The position numbers were made by a program, and so were the translations under genes. This document shows, piece by piece, positions 13,294 to 26,394 of a DNA stretch of 64,000 nucleotides. The notes under the pieces are model-generated. The model ran no database searches, had not been told where the DNA came from, and saw only the letters and a program-made list of their open reading frames with translations. The DNA comes from Mustelus asterias (lineage: Eukaryota), in the NCBI RefSeq assembly GCF_964213995.1, contig NC_135827.1, positions 8,804,001-8,868,000 of the forward strand, in the 5' to 3' direction. Position 1 is the stretch's first letter. Every line of letters starts with the position of its first letter.

Positions 13294-15818
13294 GGGCCTG
13301 ATTTTACCATTTTCATTCTAAGTGCCGAATCTGGGCGTAATGCAGATCCGACTTAGAAATCTGCTTTCAGGCGCCCCCATACACTCTCAGCCATCTCCGG
13401 TCCCATTCGCGCTGTGGGCGGGGCTTAGCACGACCGAAACGATCGGAGCTCAGAACCGCACATGCGCAGTTTGAAAATTTGAAAAAGCGCGCCCGTGTCA
13501 GATCGCTCCCGGGCTGCAGAAAGCAGAGAAAGCGGCCCGAGAGCGAACAGCGGGAGCGATGGTGTACACACACACATCACTGTGCCCCATATCCACCCCC
13601 CACGACCCCACACACATCACTGTCCCCCTTATCCACCCCCCCCCGCTACCCACACATATCACTGTCCCCCTTATCCACCCCCCCGCTACCCACACACATC
13701 ACTGTCCCCCTTATCCAACCCCCCCGCTACCCACACATATCACTGTCCCCCTTATCCGCCACCCCCGCTACCCACACACATCACTGTCCCCCTTATCCAA
13801 CCCCCCCGCTACCCACACATATCACTGTCCCCCTTATCCACCACCCCCACTACCCACACACATCACTGTCCCCCTTATCCACCCCCCCCGCTACCCACAT
13901 ACATCACTGTCCCCCTTATCCACCCCCCCACTACCCACACACATCACTGTCCCCCTTATCCACCCCCCCACTACCCACACACATCACTGTCCCCCTTATC
14001 CACCCCCCCACTACGCACACACATCACTGTCCCCCTTATCCACCCCCCCACTACCCACACACATCACTGTCCCCCTTATCCACCCCCCCACTACCCACAT
14101 ACATCACTGTCCCCCTTATCCAACCCCCCCCACTACCCACACACATCACTGTCCCCCTTATCCATCCCCCCACGACCCACACACATCACTGTCCCCCTTA
14201 TCCACCCCCCCACTACGCACACACCTCACTGTGCCCCATATCCACCCCCCCACGACCCCACACACATCACTGTCCCCATTATCCACCTCCCACTACCTAC
14301 ACACATCACTGTCCCCCTTATCCACCCCCCTACTACCCACACACATCACTGTCCCCCTTATCCACCCCTTCACTACCCACACACATCACTGTCCCCCTTA
14401 TCCACCCCCCCGCTACCCACATACATCACTGTCCCCCTTATCCACCCCCACGCCACTACCCACACACATCACTGTCCCCCTTATCCACACCCCCACTATC
14501 CACACACATCACTGTCCCCCTTATCCATCCCCCCACGACCCACACACATCACTGTCCCCCTTATCCACCCCGCCCACTACTCACACATAACTGTCCCCAT
14601 TATCCACTCCGCACTACCCACACGCATCACTGTCCCCCTTATCCACCCCCCACTACCCACACACATCACTGTACCCCTTATCCACCCCCTCCACTACCCA
14701 CACACATCACTGTCCCCCTTATCCACCCCCCACTACCCACACACATCATTGTACCCCTTATCCAACCCCCCACTACCCACACACATCACTATCCCCCTTA
14801 TCCACCCCCCCCACTAACCAGACCGATCACCACCACTGCCCCCCTCCCCACCGATCGCCCACAGAGTGGCAGCAGACCACCCTGCCTCCCCACCAGAGAT
14901 CCATCTGCCCCCACCACCAGAGCTCCATCCGCTCCCCCCACCCCCCACCACCAGAGATCCATCCGCCCCCCCCCCCACCACCAGAGATCCATCTGCCCCC
15001 CCCGACCAGTGAGCGATTGGGCCTCCCCCCCCCCCCCCCCGCCGAGATACATCTTACCAGCCTCCCTCCTCCCCCTCCCCCCCAGACAATGATCTGGCCT
15101 CACTACCCCCCCACCCCCCCCCCAGAGAATGGTCTGGCCTCACCCACCCCCCCCACCATACAACGTTCTGGCCTCACTACCCCACCCCCCGCCCCAAACA
15201 ATGAACTGGCTTCACTCCCCCCCCGCCCCCGCCACCCCCCAGAGAATGGTCTGGCCTCACTCCCCCTCCTCTTCAGAGGAACATCTGACCGGCCTCCTCC
15301 TCCCCCACCACCAGACAACGGTCGGCCCTCTCGCCCCTCCCCCAGAGATACATCTGACCCTCCTCCTCCTCCCCGCCCCCCAACCAGACAATGATCTGGT
15401 CTCACTCCCCTCCTCCCCCCTCCAACCAGAGAATGATCTGACCAGCCTCCCTCCTCCCCCCCACCACTGATCTGAGTCAGGGAACCCGTTGGAAGCTCTG
15501 AACGCGCCTCTTCAGCAGCTGGAGCACCCGATTCAGACTTTTATTTAGCAGGTCCATTACGGCGCGGTTCCGGATTGGCAAACACGGTGGTAAAGGGGGA
15601 AATGCTGATAAAGTTAGGCGGGCAGTTCATTAATTCAATTGAAATGCATGCAAATACATTTAAATCGTCGTTGCGCCCGTTTTGGGCGCGAATCGAATCG
15701 CCTCTATTCCCGGGTTTCGGTAAAGTGGGGATCTGCGCGGATGCAGGTGCGGATCGCGATAATGGCCTCTCGCCCGACTTTACCACGTTTTCGCGCCCGC
15801 AATGGTAAAATAGGGCCC
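13294..15818. mobile_element. PIF/Harbinger-type non-autonomous element hosting a minisatellite
   Basis: TIRs GGGCCTGATTTTACCATT / AATGGTAAAATAGGGCCC, 3-bp TSD ATT. Homologous to 54680-55693. Confidence 0.8.
13567..14815. repeat. ~40-bp C-rich minisatellite, about 31 units
   Basis: Unit CACACATCACTGTCCCCCTTATCCACCCCCCCACTACCCA with C-run length variants. Looser C-rich repeats follow at 14890-15470. Confidence 0.97.
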
Positions 15819-16389
15819 ATTGTCAAACATCTGCAGGCAGAGCTGGGTTAGGACATTTCACTGAGTATGAATTATTCTTAATTGTAAGGAGGTGTGGGCA
15901 TGAACTGTAGACTCACTTGTGCCCTTATAGACACTGACTGAAACAATGGTTGATTGGTTAGGAGGCGTATGCTTGTAATGTGTAACTCAGTAAATAACTG
16001 TTTATAAAACGTGTGAAGATTGGCTCCAGTTCAATCCTTCACTAACTAACTTTCTGGGATACGACGCTAACACTATTTCCAGCAGCCGTATCGGTAACCA
16101 TGGTCATGGGCTTCTTCACTCCCCACTCCTTCCAGACTGGTGCAGGGAACATCTCCAGCAGTTTACTGTCCACTGTTGTATTGGGAGGTGACTGACCCAC
16201 TGAATGCAACAAGAGGGGAAGACAGTGCCTCCTTTCTTTACAGACAGAAACTGGTATAGCATCTGAAGTGGTTAAAGTCATTGAATGCAGGAGAGTTCCC
16301 CTCTGAATTCAGTACAGCAGAATTCCCCCGGGAAGCTGATGTGAAGTTATTTCTGTGCAATTCCCACCATTACAAATGGGCTGCACAAA

Positions 16390-17090
16390 CTAGCTGAACA
16401 AGGGACAAGAGCGTGGGAACTTTGATAAACAAGAAGGAGAACAGCCATAACAATGAAGGTCTGTAGGCGTGGATGTTTGGATGGTGCAATTTAGGCATGA
16501 TTTGTAGTAATTGAATATTATAATTCCACAAGCATTTAGAGATTGCAATTGGTTAACTATATTCACTTGACAGAAAATAAGAAATGAGAACTATTAGCTG
16601 TAGCTGGATATCAATGACTTCAGAACAAATGTATACTTGTGATCAGTATATGCAAGTTATTTGTAAGATAACTAAAAGTATAATTGCTCATGCCATGTAT
16701 AATTCAGGAAGTCTGTAAACTACCTCATGGAAGGTAGACATCCCTGCTCTAGCTTGAATAAAGGCCGATTTAAAAGTCCAAAATCTCCGACTGGTCATTC
16801 GGTGGAGATAAAGGTCAGGGATTTCTGGGCTGCTATTTTCTAGCCCCAAACAACTCTAACAAATGGCAACGAGGAATGGGATCCGTGCAGGCCAGTTTTG
16901 ATGGCAGAACTACAGTTTGGCGAGTATTATCTTGGAGTATAGTCGTAACTGAGTATTTTGTAGGTCAACAGCCAAAGAGTGGATCCAAGCCAAGCATAGG
17001 CCAGACGAATGGGGTAAGGGGGAAACTAAATACATGGTTGTGAAGTTTTCCTTGAGCCAAGAGTGGTCGGTGAACCACAGATGAATTTAA
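16390..17090 (+). mobile_element. 5' LTR + tRNA-Ser(GCT) primer-binding site + leader
   Basis: AATAAA at 16757; LTR end ..AACA at 16861; then TGGCAACGAGGAATGGGAT (16864-16882) vs the complement of the tRNA-Ser(GCT) 3' end, TGGCGACGAGGATGGGAT. LTR start uncertain. Confidence 0.65.
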
Positions 17091-19300
17091 GACCATAAGA
17101 AATAGGAATAGCAGTAGGCTGTTTGGCCCCTCAAACCTCCTCAGCCATTCAATAGGATCATAGTTGATCCAATAATCCTCACACCCACTTTCCTACTCTT
17201 TCCCCATAACCCTTGATTAATGATCAAAAACTTATCCCAGCCTTAAATATACACAAGGGGCATCAAGGTAGATAAATCCCCAGGTCCTGATGAAGTGTAT
17301 CCCAGGACATTGTGGGAGGCTAGGAAGGAAATTGCGGGTCCCCGAGCAGAGATATTTGAATCATCGATAGTCACGGATAAGGTGCCTGAAGATTGGACAG
17401 TGGTAAATGTTGTGCCTTTGTTTAAAAAGGGCTGCAGGGAAAAGCCTGGGAACTACAGGCCAGTGAGCCTCACATCTGTGGTGTGTAAGTTGTTGGAAGA
17501 TATTTTGAGGGACAGGATCTACAGGCATTTAAAGGCGCAAGGACTGATTAGGGACAGGCAGCATGGCTTTGAGAGTGGAAAATCATGTCTCACAAATTTG
17601 ATTGAGTTTTTTGAAGGGGTAACCAAGAAGGTAGATGAGGGGTGTGCAGTTGATGTTGTCTACATGGACTTTAGCAAGGCCTTTGACAAGGTACCACATG
17701 GTAGGTTGTTGCATAAGGTTAAAACTCACAGGATCCAGGGTGAGGTATCTAAATGGATACAAAATTAGATTCTTGACAGAAACCAGGGAGTGGTTGTAGA
17801 GGATTGTTTTTCCAAACTGGAGGCCTGTGACCAGCGGTGTGCCTCAGAGATCAGTGCTGGGTCCACTGTTATTTGACATTTATATTAATGATTTGGATGA
17901 GAATATAGGAGGCATGGTTAGTAAGTTTGCAGATGACACCAAGATTGGTGGCATAGTGGACAGCGAAGAAAGTTATCTCCGATTGCAAAGGGATCTTGAT
18001 CAATTGGGCCAGTGGGCTGTTGAATGGCAGATGGAGTTTAATTTAGACAAATGCAAGGTGATGCATTTTGGTAGATTGAACCAGGACAGGACTTACTCAG
18101 TTCATGGTAGGGCGTTGGGGAGAGTTACAGAACAAAGAGATCAAGTGATACATGTTCATAGCTCCTTGAAAGTGGAGTCACAGGTGGACAGAGTGGTGAA
18201 GGCGGCATTCGGCATGCTTGGTTTCATCAGTCAGAACATTGAATACAGGAGTTGGGATGTCTTGTTGAAGTTGTACAAGACATTGGTAAGGCCACACTTG
18301 GAATACTTTGTGCCGTTCTGGTCACCCTATTATAGAAAGATTATTATTAAACTAGAAAGAGTGCAGAAAAGATTTACTCGGATGCTACCGGGACTTGATG
18401 GATTGAGTTATAAGGAGAGGCTGGATAGACTGGGATTTGTTTTCTCTGGAGCGCAGGAGGCTGAGGGGTGACCTTATAGAGGTCGATAAAATAAAGAGGG
18501 GCATAGATAAGGTAGATAGTCAATATCTTTTCCCAAAGGTAGGGGAGTCTAAAACTAGAGGGCATAGGTTTAAGGTGAGAGGGGAGAGATACAAAAGTGT
18601 CCAGAGGGGCAATTTTTTCACACAGAGGGTGGTGAATGTCTGGAACAAGCTGCGAGAGGTAGTAGTAGAGGCGGGTACAATTTTGTCTTTTAAAAAGCAT
18701 TTAGATAGTTACATGGGTACGATGGGTGTAGAGGGATATGGGCCAAATGCTGGCAACTGGGATTAGCTAAGGGGTTTAATAAAAAGGGCGTCATGGACAA
18801 GTTGGGCCGAAGGGCCTGTTTCCATGCTGTAAACCTCTATGACTCTATGGCAGGATTTTCTGGTACGCTCTCCCCAAAACCGGAAAATCCTGCCCGAGGT
18901 CAATGGACCTTTGTATGGTCAGCCACCCCACCCGCAATGATTCCTGTAGTGGGCAGGTTGGGAAAATTCCCCCTCAGACTCTGCCTCCACAGGTCTCTGT
19001 AGCAAGGAGTTCCAAAGACTTACAACCCTCCGCGAGAAGAAACTCCTCTTCATCTCAGTCTTAAATTGGCACCCCTTTATTCTGAGACTATGTCCTCTGG
19101 TCCTTGATCCTCCCATGACAGGAAACATCCTTTCAGCATTTACTCTGTCAAGCCCATTAAGAATCCGATATGTTTCAATGAGATCACCTCTCATTCTTCT
19201 GAGTTCCAATCAATAGAGTCCCAACCTGTTTAACCTTTCCTTGTCAAGCAACCCCTCCATACGGGGGATCATCGCATTGAACCTTCTCTGAATTGCCTCC
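17091..19300 (-). mobile_element. CR1 3' fragment split by the plus-strand CR1 and a MITE (pieces 17091-17258 and 18974-19300)
   Basis: RRMRGDLIETYRILNGLDRV..RTRGHSLRI. The two pieces are colinear when compared with 30452-30795. Confidence 0.85.
17259..18848 (+). mobile_element. CR1/HER1-type LINE, 5'-truncated, frameshifted ORF2 RT
   Basis: PGNYRPVSLTS, QHGF, DFSKAFDKVPH, SGVPQ.SVLGPLL, KFADDTK. 3' tail gggccgaagggcctg..ctctatgactctatg. Confidence 0.95.
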
Positions 19301-21427
19301 AATTAAATCAAGTAAGGTGAATGCTGAAAAGGTGGGGCTCGAGTTCATTGCAGTGAGGGGGCGATGTTCCTCCACATAGCCTGAAAATATCATAAACTAA
19401 TTGGGGAAATGCAAAAACTAGGGCTGGATTCCAACAGACACCCTGCTGCACATTACAAACTGGTGGGAGAGTCAAACAAGCGGCAAAGCCATTGTCATAA
19501 TTTTGAAACTTTAATCGCAGACAACAACAATCCTTCAACCCCATGGCCCTGTGGTGGTTGTGACCCTTTATCCAGTGATGGTGAAAGCACAGCATGATGG
19601 GACCCAGATAAGGAACATCTTAACAGTGTCTTTTATTACCACCGTCTTTTTGGAGGTAACTCATCCCTCAGAAAAATTGATAAAATAAAAAATAAAAGTT
19701 AGGTTGCAAATGAAATAGAGGCCTGTGTTAAACAATTCTTGCATCCGTTTCGAAGTCTAAGTCTCTCTGGGTCTCATAGTCTGGACCTGGGTAAGATGTT
19801 CTTTCAAAGAGTTGGTGCAGACTCAATGGGCCGAATGGCCTCCTCCTGCACTTTGGGGATTCTAATCCTGTATAGCTCACTCTGTCATCCAATTAACTGG
19901 TGTGTTTTGGCACTCGAGCTGGAATATGAAAGATCCCAGACAAGCTTATTGTTCCACAAATGGTAGATAAGCGTCAGTGTCTCAGACTAGAGTGTGACAA
20001 ACTATATGCTGATCAAGAAGTAGACTTGTCGGGCTTGTGTGCACAATGTGAAGTAAAATCACTCATATTTCCCAGCAAGTTACAAAGCTATAGCAGGAGC
20101 AATCATGAATGAATATTTAGGCAAATAATACTTTGAACATTCAAAGTAATATTCGATGGGCAACTTTTAAATGCGAAATTCGGAAAGACTTGACTGACAG
20201 TGAAGCCCTAATCCAAGTAACACCATGATTGAGGCACATTACTTTTCATGCTCAATGCCTCGTGATAACATTCATGCTTTTTTGTTCAGCATTAGCAAGT
20301 TTAAGCAATATAATTTTTGGCAGAGCTTTGTGATATCAAACAAGCCTCCTTGAAAGGTACAATGGATATACTTGAAAGACGACTGCAGAGTTTTGAAATC
20401 TATTTCAACTGTAGTTTTCAATTTTGCCCCACGCTCTTATTAATCCAGTCCATGCTAAGCTTCCACATTGTTCCAACTCAAATAGTTATCGCCTCCCACA
20501 AAACATTTCATCTAAATCTCAACATCACTGTGCGCCAACAGCGAGGATAATAATATCCTGTGTGTTCCACATTGTGTTTGCGTTCCTCTTATTATCTGAG
20601 TCAGTCCCCAAGTGTTGCTGAACATAATTAAAGCAAAACATTTCCAGCACAAAGAGGCTGGAGGACTCGAGAGGGTTTGTGTGTGTTGGGGGGGGGGGGG
20701 GGGGGGGGGTGTGGTGGTGGGTGTGCTGAAGCCTCGGTGTGTTCTATCAGCTGTGATCAGGTGTCTGCAAATCTCTGCCGCTGCTGGAGAGACCTGGCTG
20801 TAAACAGATTTCTGCCAGACTCGCTAAGTCTTTTTCTATGCCTGGATTTGCCAAGGTTGTGATGAAGTTAAATGTCACCATTCCTCATCACAAAACGCAG
20901 TCTTTTCACTTCATGTGGCAGAGAAAGATAAAACTGTCGGCTCTGCACTTCAAGATTATCAATTCAGGCTTTTGATAAGACCGTTCATTGTGATTTTAAT
21001 TGCTGCAGACACGATGATATGGTTTGTTTTTCAGGCATGTAAATTTGTTCTAGCTCGGATTGTTCCACAGAAAATGGATTGTGTTGGTCCATCTGGCTTT
21101 CATTGGACGTTCATTGGGATAAAGCTAATCGACATCGATCCAATGAGTATTTTGTGTCTACTTGACAATGGCACTTAGTGCTTTCAGATCACGGAGTGTG
21201 CAGACTATTAACAAGATCGAATATTCTGTCATGTACTGAGAACAACACTTCAAGAAATTAAATATTCAGGAGATACCCGATATCTAACAGGTGACAGTGC
21301 CATTTAATTCCTTCCTTCAAGTGGTTAATAGACCTTAACCCATTTACCATGTGACTATTGGAAAGGTGTTAGAGAAGTCATAAGTGAGTTCAAAAGCACA
21401 TACTGGTGTTCAAGGCAGAATAATTAA

Positions 21428-21561
21428 GGCCAGGATTCGGTCCCGCCCAAGAATATGGTGCTCTCTATGGCTAGCCTGCCCGGCCAGTAGGGAACCCGCC
21501 GCTAGTTGCCTTTGGCGGGACTGGAAGATCCATCAGTGGAAAGAGCTGGAAAATCCTGCCC
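21428..21561. mobile_element. Small Harbinger-type MITE
   Basis: TIR GGCCAGGATT / AATCCTGCCC, TSD TAA. Confidence 0.7.
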
Positions 21562-22625
21562 TAAGAAACTACGGCTGGGATTGTGGCAGGACCCACTGCG
21601 GCAGATTTGGTGGCCCAGTCCAGTGATGTTCATAGAATCATAAAATCCCTACACTACAGAAGGATGCCATTTGACTCATCAAGCCTGCACCGACAGCAAT
21701 CCCACCCAGGCCCTATCCCCATTACCACACGTATTTTCCCTGCTCATCCCCCTGATGCTAAGGGTTAATTTAGCATGGCCAATCAACCTAACCTGCACAT
21801 CCTTGGACCGAAGGAAACCAGGCAGACACGGGGAGAATGTGCAAACTCCACACAGACAGTGACCTGAGGAGGGAATTGAACCCGGGTCCCTGGCGCTATG
21901 AGACTTCAGTACTAACCACTGTGCCGCCGTGCTGCCTTTCTGCAGACTGGACAATCCTGGTGGTGAATGGGACTGGAAAAGCCCACCCAGTGATTGCGAA
22001 TGCTTGTGGTGGGTGGGTAGAAAAGGAATTTGCAGTCACTAATCCTTTCCTCCCTCCCAAGTTCTCTTTCCATTAATACAAAGCAATTTGTCTAATAGTT
22101 GTAAACTGAATTTTAACAGGCTGCAAAATGCACTTATAAAGTTGACACATTTCAAAAATGTTCTTTCTGTTCCTTGAGGGAGGAGTCGTGTAGAAGTCAG
22201 CATCCAAAAAGTTTGTGTGCATAATAGGATCCTGAGGGAAAGCCAATCTATCAGTGAACACAATTTCCATACAAGTATTTGTTCTGATTTCTCAAGTGTT
22301 GGAACAATTCACCCTGGTGAGACTATCGAGAAATAGGGATATACTTGGGTTAACTTCCTTGTGGAAGCGGAGTTGCAGTTTCAAAAGAGAACAAATGAAT
22401 TAAAGAACCAAAGGGCCACTCTCTCTAAGAGTAAGCAAGTGAAGGACATGCATGACTCAAGGTAAGTCCCACAATCAATTGAAACCTCTCTTGAAGTTGT
22501 TTCAGAAGCAAAGAATAGACCAAGAGGCTGGCGACCAGCACAGAAAGGCCAGATGCATCTAATGGAAAGAGTGACCATCAAGTGGAGTAACTAAAATACT
22601 GTTTATTGATAGGATATAACTTTCA

Positions 22626-22978
22626 GGGGAGGCGAAGGCCGAGTGGTATTATAGCTAGACTACTGTTTCAGAAATTCAGCTCAGGCTCTGGAGACCTGGG
22701 CTCGAATCCCACCACAACAGCTGGCGGTATTTGAATTCAATAAAAAATATCTGGAATTAAGAATCTACTGATGACCATGAAACCATTGTCGACTGTCGGA
22801 AAAACCCATCTGGCTCACCAATGTCCTTTAGGGAAGGAAATCTGCCATCCTTAACTGGTCTGGCTTACATGTAACTCCAGAGCCACAGCAATGTGGTTGA
22901 CTCTCAACTGCCCTCGGGTAACTAGGGATGGGCAATAAATGATGGCCAGCCAGCGATGCACATATCCCATGAATGAAA
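22626..22978 (+). mobile_element. Second tRNA-derived SINE family (also 9455-9816(-), 11038-11336(+), 29630-30000(-), 31785-32168(-), 34068-34452(+), 45765-46475(-), 56008-56140(-), 56748-56940(-))
   Basis: Family A-box TGGCCTAGTGG and B-box GGTTCGAATCC (best seen at 11038; diverged here). Tail gggcaataaatgctggcc..atgaat is shared with LINE fragments at about 29530-29600, 35970-36230 and 59920-60240. Confidence 0.85.
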
Positions 22979-23356
22979 CTAACTATTTACAGATAGTGAT
23001 AAAGACGCTACTGATTACTTCGACTCCAGACTGTCTGGGAGAGCCCACGCTCAGCTCCAGGATTCACGCTCTTCAACCCAATTGGCCAAATGGGTCACAT
23101 GACCCTCTGAACCCTCACCCCTTAAAGGGGCTCGCTGCTACAAAAACCTTCCTCTGTATTATTGTTTTCCTGTTCCTTGAAGCAATTATTCACAATTGTC
23201 TACCTAAGATACAACACAAATTAAATGTGAGTTCTCTTTTCAGAACTTAATCTGAAGCACAGCAATTTTACAAGCTGATAAACTCCTGACAAGTTACCAA
23301 ATAAAGTTTATTATTGAGCTATGAGATATTTGTATTGTTTTTTATTTTTAGCATTT

Positions 23357-24100
23357 GTCAGCTCGGTGGAAGCATTCACTCTTGAAGCAGAAGATTCCGA
23401 GCTTTGGTCACGGGCCAGGATCTGAGTACAACAATCTACGCTGGCACTTCCGTCCAGTACTGAGGGAGTGCTGCACTGTCAGAGATGCTGTCTTTTGAAT
23501 GAGACATTAAACTGAGGTCCCGTCTTCCCTGTCAGATGGATACAGAAGATCCCACAGCATGATTTTGAAGGCCTTGACGAATCATTATCCCTCAATCAAT
23601 ATCACAGACAAAAACTGATCAGACAATCCCTACAGTGCAGAAGGAGTCCATTCGGCCCATCGATCCTGCAGCGACTACAATCCAACCCAGGCCCTATCCC
23701 CATAACCCCACATATCTCCCCCGTCAGGCTCCCTGACACTAAGGGCCAATTTAGCATGGCCAGTTAACCTAACCCGCACATCTTTGGACTGTGGAAGGAA
23801 ACCAGAGCTCCCGGAGGAACCCCACGCAAACACGGGGAGAAGGTGCAAACTCCACACAGTGACCTGGGGCTGGAATTAAACCCAGGTCCCTGGAGCTGTG
23901 AGGCAGCAGCGCTAACCATTGTGCCACCGTGTCGCCCATGATCTATCTCATCATGGTCACATCAAGGTTGTGGGAGTTGGCTGTGCACAAATTGGCTGCA
24001 GTTTATGACAGTTACTCAATTTAAAATACCTTATTGACTGTACAGCACTTTGACTTGCCCAGTGGCCCAAAGGCACTATATAAATGCATGTCTTTTTTTT
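23357..24100 (+). mobile_element. DeuSINE (SacSINE1/AmnSINE1-like), split by HE1; partial copy at 2240-2420
   Basis: Deu-like block cagtactgagggagtgctgcactgtc..gagacattaaactgagg; tail gcactatataaatgca. Confidence 0.75.
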
Positions 24101-25344
24101 CTCTAGTCAACTTTAACCTTTAACTCTAATCCAATAGGAAATGAGCTGAATCTCGATTGTGCTGCCCACAGTGGCATGGCAGCACCGATAGGATAAACAG
24201 TGAAACCTGTCGGGTAGCAACCAAAGCAGGGTCCGAGGACAAGTAGGGTGCACAAATTTTCTATGCATGCTTCCTCTCCTTAGAAAGATGTATTCAAAAT
24301 TATAAGGGGTCCAGACAGCTTAACTATTTCCATTGGTGGAAAGGTCAAGAATCAGGGAGACTTGGGTAAAACAATCAAAGGTTACGGAAAGAAAGACTTG
24401 TTTTTTTCCTTGCACTGCAAATGATTATGATCGAGAAGCACTGTCTGGAAGTGATGGTGAAGGGAGATTCAATGGTGGCTTTCAAAAGGCAATTGAAAAT
24501 GAACTTGAAGGAAAAATAATATAAATATTATAGAATCACTATAATGTATAAAGAGCCCATTTGGCCCATCAAGCCTGCACCAACAACAATCCCACCAGGC
24601 CCTATCCCCGTAACCCCAATGCTAAAGGGAGAGGGAGGGAAAAATAGGTCTTGAAAAATTATTCTTGCAAAGACTTGGCATGGATTTCATTGGCTGAATG
24701 CTCCTCACTATTGCAAGCATCTGCTATTCTTGCCAGTAATGGGAAGCTTGGCGAAGGGAGGATTTAATTTGGCGTGAGGACAAAATCAGTTTCCCCATGG
24801 CAGGATGCACTTTCGGGATCAAGCCCTTGGGGCTATAAAGGCAGGTTAAAGGCAGATCAAAACTGCCTGAGGAATAAATTCAGGAAGCCCTTTTGCATGC
24901 ATCAGCAAGTCCTGCATGGTCATTAAAAGACCACCCCGCCAAAATTAAACTCTCCCTCCAAATTAAGTTCTCTACTGGGGAATATTCACTTCGGATATTC
25001 AGTTTTACGACTGCACGTAATTAAGTGGCATTCACCTGAAGAGGTAGACGCTTTCCATGATAAACGTTGCGTTGCTGCTACATTATCCTCTTTGGGAGCA
25101 CCTGTAAATGCCAGCCTATGCTCGAGACCAGGTGGTGGCAGTAAAAATTGCATGAGGGATGACCAAGGAAGTGTTAGCAGGAAAGGGTGGAGCAATAGTC
25201 AGGCAAAGGTGGCAGGGTAGTGCCCACACCCTCAACCCCATGAGGTAATGGCAGGAATTGCAACTTGCTGCCTGGTACTGCCTGGTTCCCATGAGAATTA
25301 CTGAGTTGCTCTGAAGAAGGATGTCCTTTCTCTTGAGGAAGTGC

Positions 25345-25780
25345 AATGAAGGTTTACCAGGCTGATTCCTGGGATAGCAGGTCTGTCATATGAAGAGGGA
25401 CTAAGTCACTTAGGATTATATTCATTGGAGTTTAGAAAAGTGAGGGGGGATCTCATAGAAACTTTAAAAATTCTAACAGGCTTAGACAGGATAAATTCAG
25501 AAAGAATGTTCCTGATGGTGGGGGAGCCCTGAACTGTCATAGTTTGAGGATAAGGTGTAAACCTTTTACAACTGAGAGGAGAAATTTCTTCACCCAGAAA
25601 GTAGTGAATATATGGAATTCACTACCACAGAATGTAGCTGAGGCCAAAACAGATTTCAAAAAAGGGGTCAAAGGATATGGGGGTTCAGGATATTGAATTC
25701 GATGATCAGCCATGGTCAAAATGAATGGCGCAGCAAGCTTGAAGGGTTAAATGACCTACTCCTGCTTCTAGTTTCTATGT
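25345..25780 (+). mobile_element. CR1 3' fragment
   Basis: aggtttaccaggctgattcctggg..ggggatctcatagaaac; tail cctactcctgcttctagtttctatg. Confidence 0.85.
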
Positions 25781-26268
25781 AATGAGCTGAACAGTGCAGG
25801 ATCGTATGTGGTCAGCCATCCTGCGCATCCCCCCCATGCCCAACAGAAAACAATCCCACTTCAGCACCCCCTATCGAATTTAGCCTCCAGAACTGATTAT
25901 TCCAGCCTATGGTTCCAAGATGTCAAATTATTTTTTCTTCCTTCACTTATAATTCTTTCAGAGATTGTTTGGATGTTATTTGTTTTCCTTTTCATCCATT
26001 CATCATTTGATGTTTGGAGTTGGACGGATACGCTTAAAACTTATTTAAAATGATAAGTAGCAGCAGTTGAGTGAGAATTATATACTAGCTAATGAAGTAT
26101 GTCTGTCAAACAGAAGGCAACACAAGTCTTTCTTGTAGTTCTCAGCCAATAAAGAATTTGGCTTTTTCAAGCTTTAATCTGTGAGCAATGTGTTTCTTTT
26201 TTCTCTCTGCTCCTCAGTGTATCTCGCCACTCGATCTTTCTCCCACTTATTGCCCATAAGCAGTTACT

Positions 26269-26394
26269 GGGGCAAATTTTCCCATTCTGCCCACCACATG
26301 AATCATAGCGGGTGAAGGGCGGACCATGGAAAGGTCCGTTGACCTCAGGCAGGATTTTTCGGTTTCAGGGCAAGCGTAGCCGGAAAGTCCCACC
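26269..26394. mobile_element. Small MITE (family also at 18849-18973 and 28324-28450)
   Basis: Imperfect GG..ATTTTCC TIRs. TSD ACT here and CCT at 28321/28451. Confidence 0.7.

Noticed and set aside
13567-14815. CRISPR-like periodicity
   Set aside because: No unique spacers, no cas genes, and a eukaryotic context.
13479-15092. Long Pro/His/Thr-rich ORFs (537, 440 and 343 aa)
   Set aside because: All three frames are open only because the C-rich tandem unit lacks stop codons.
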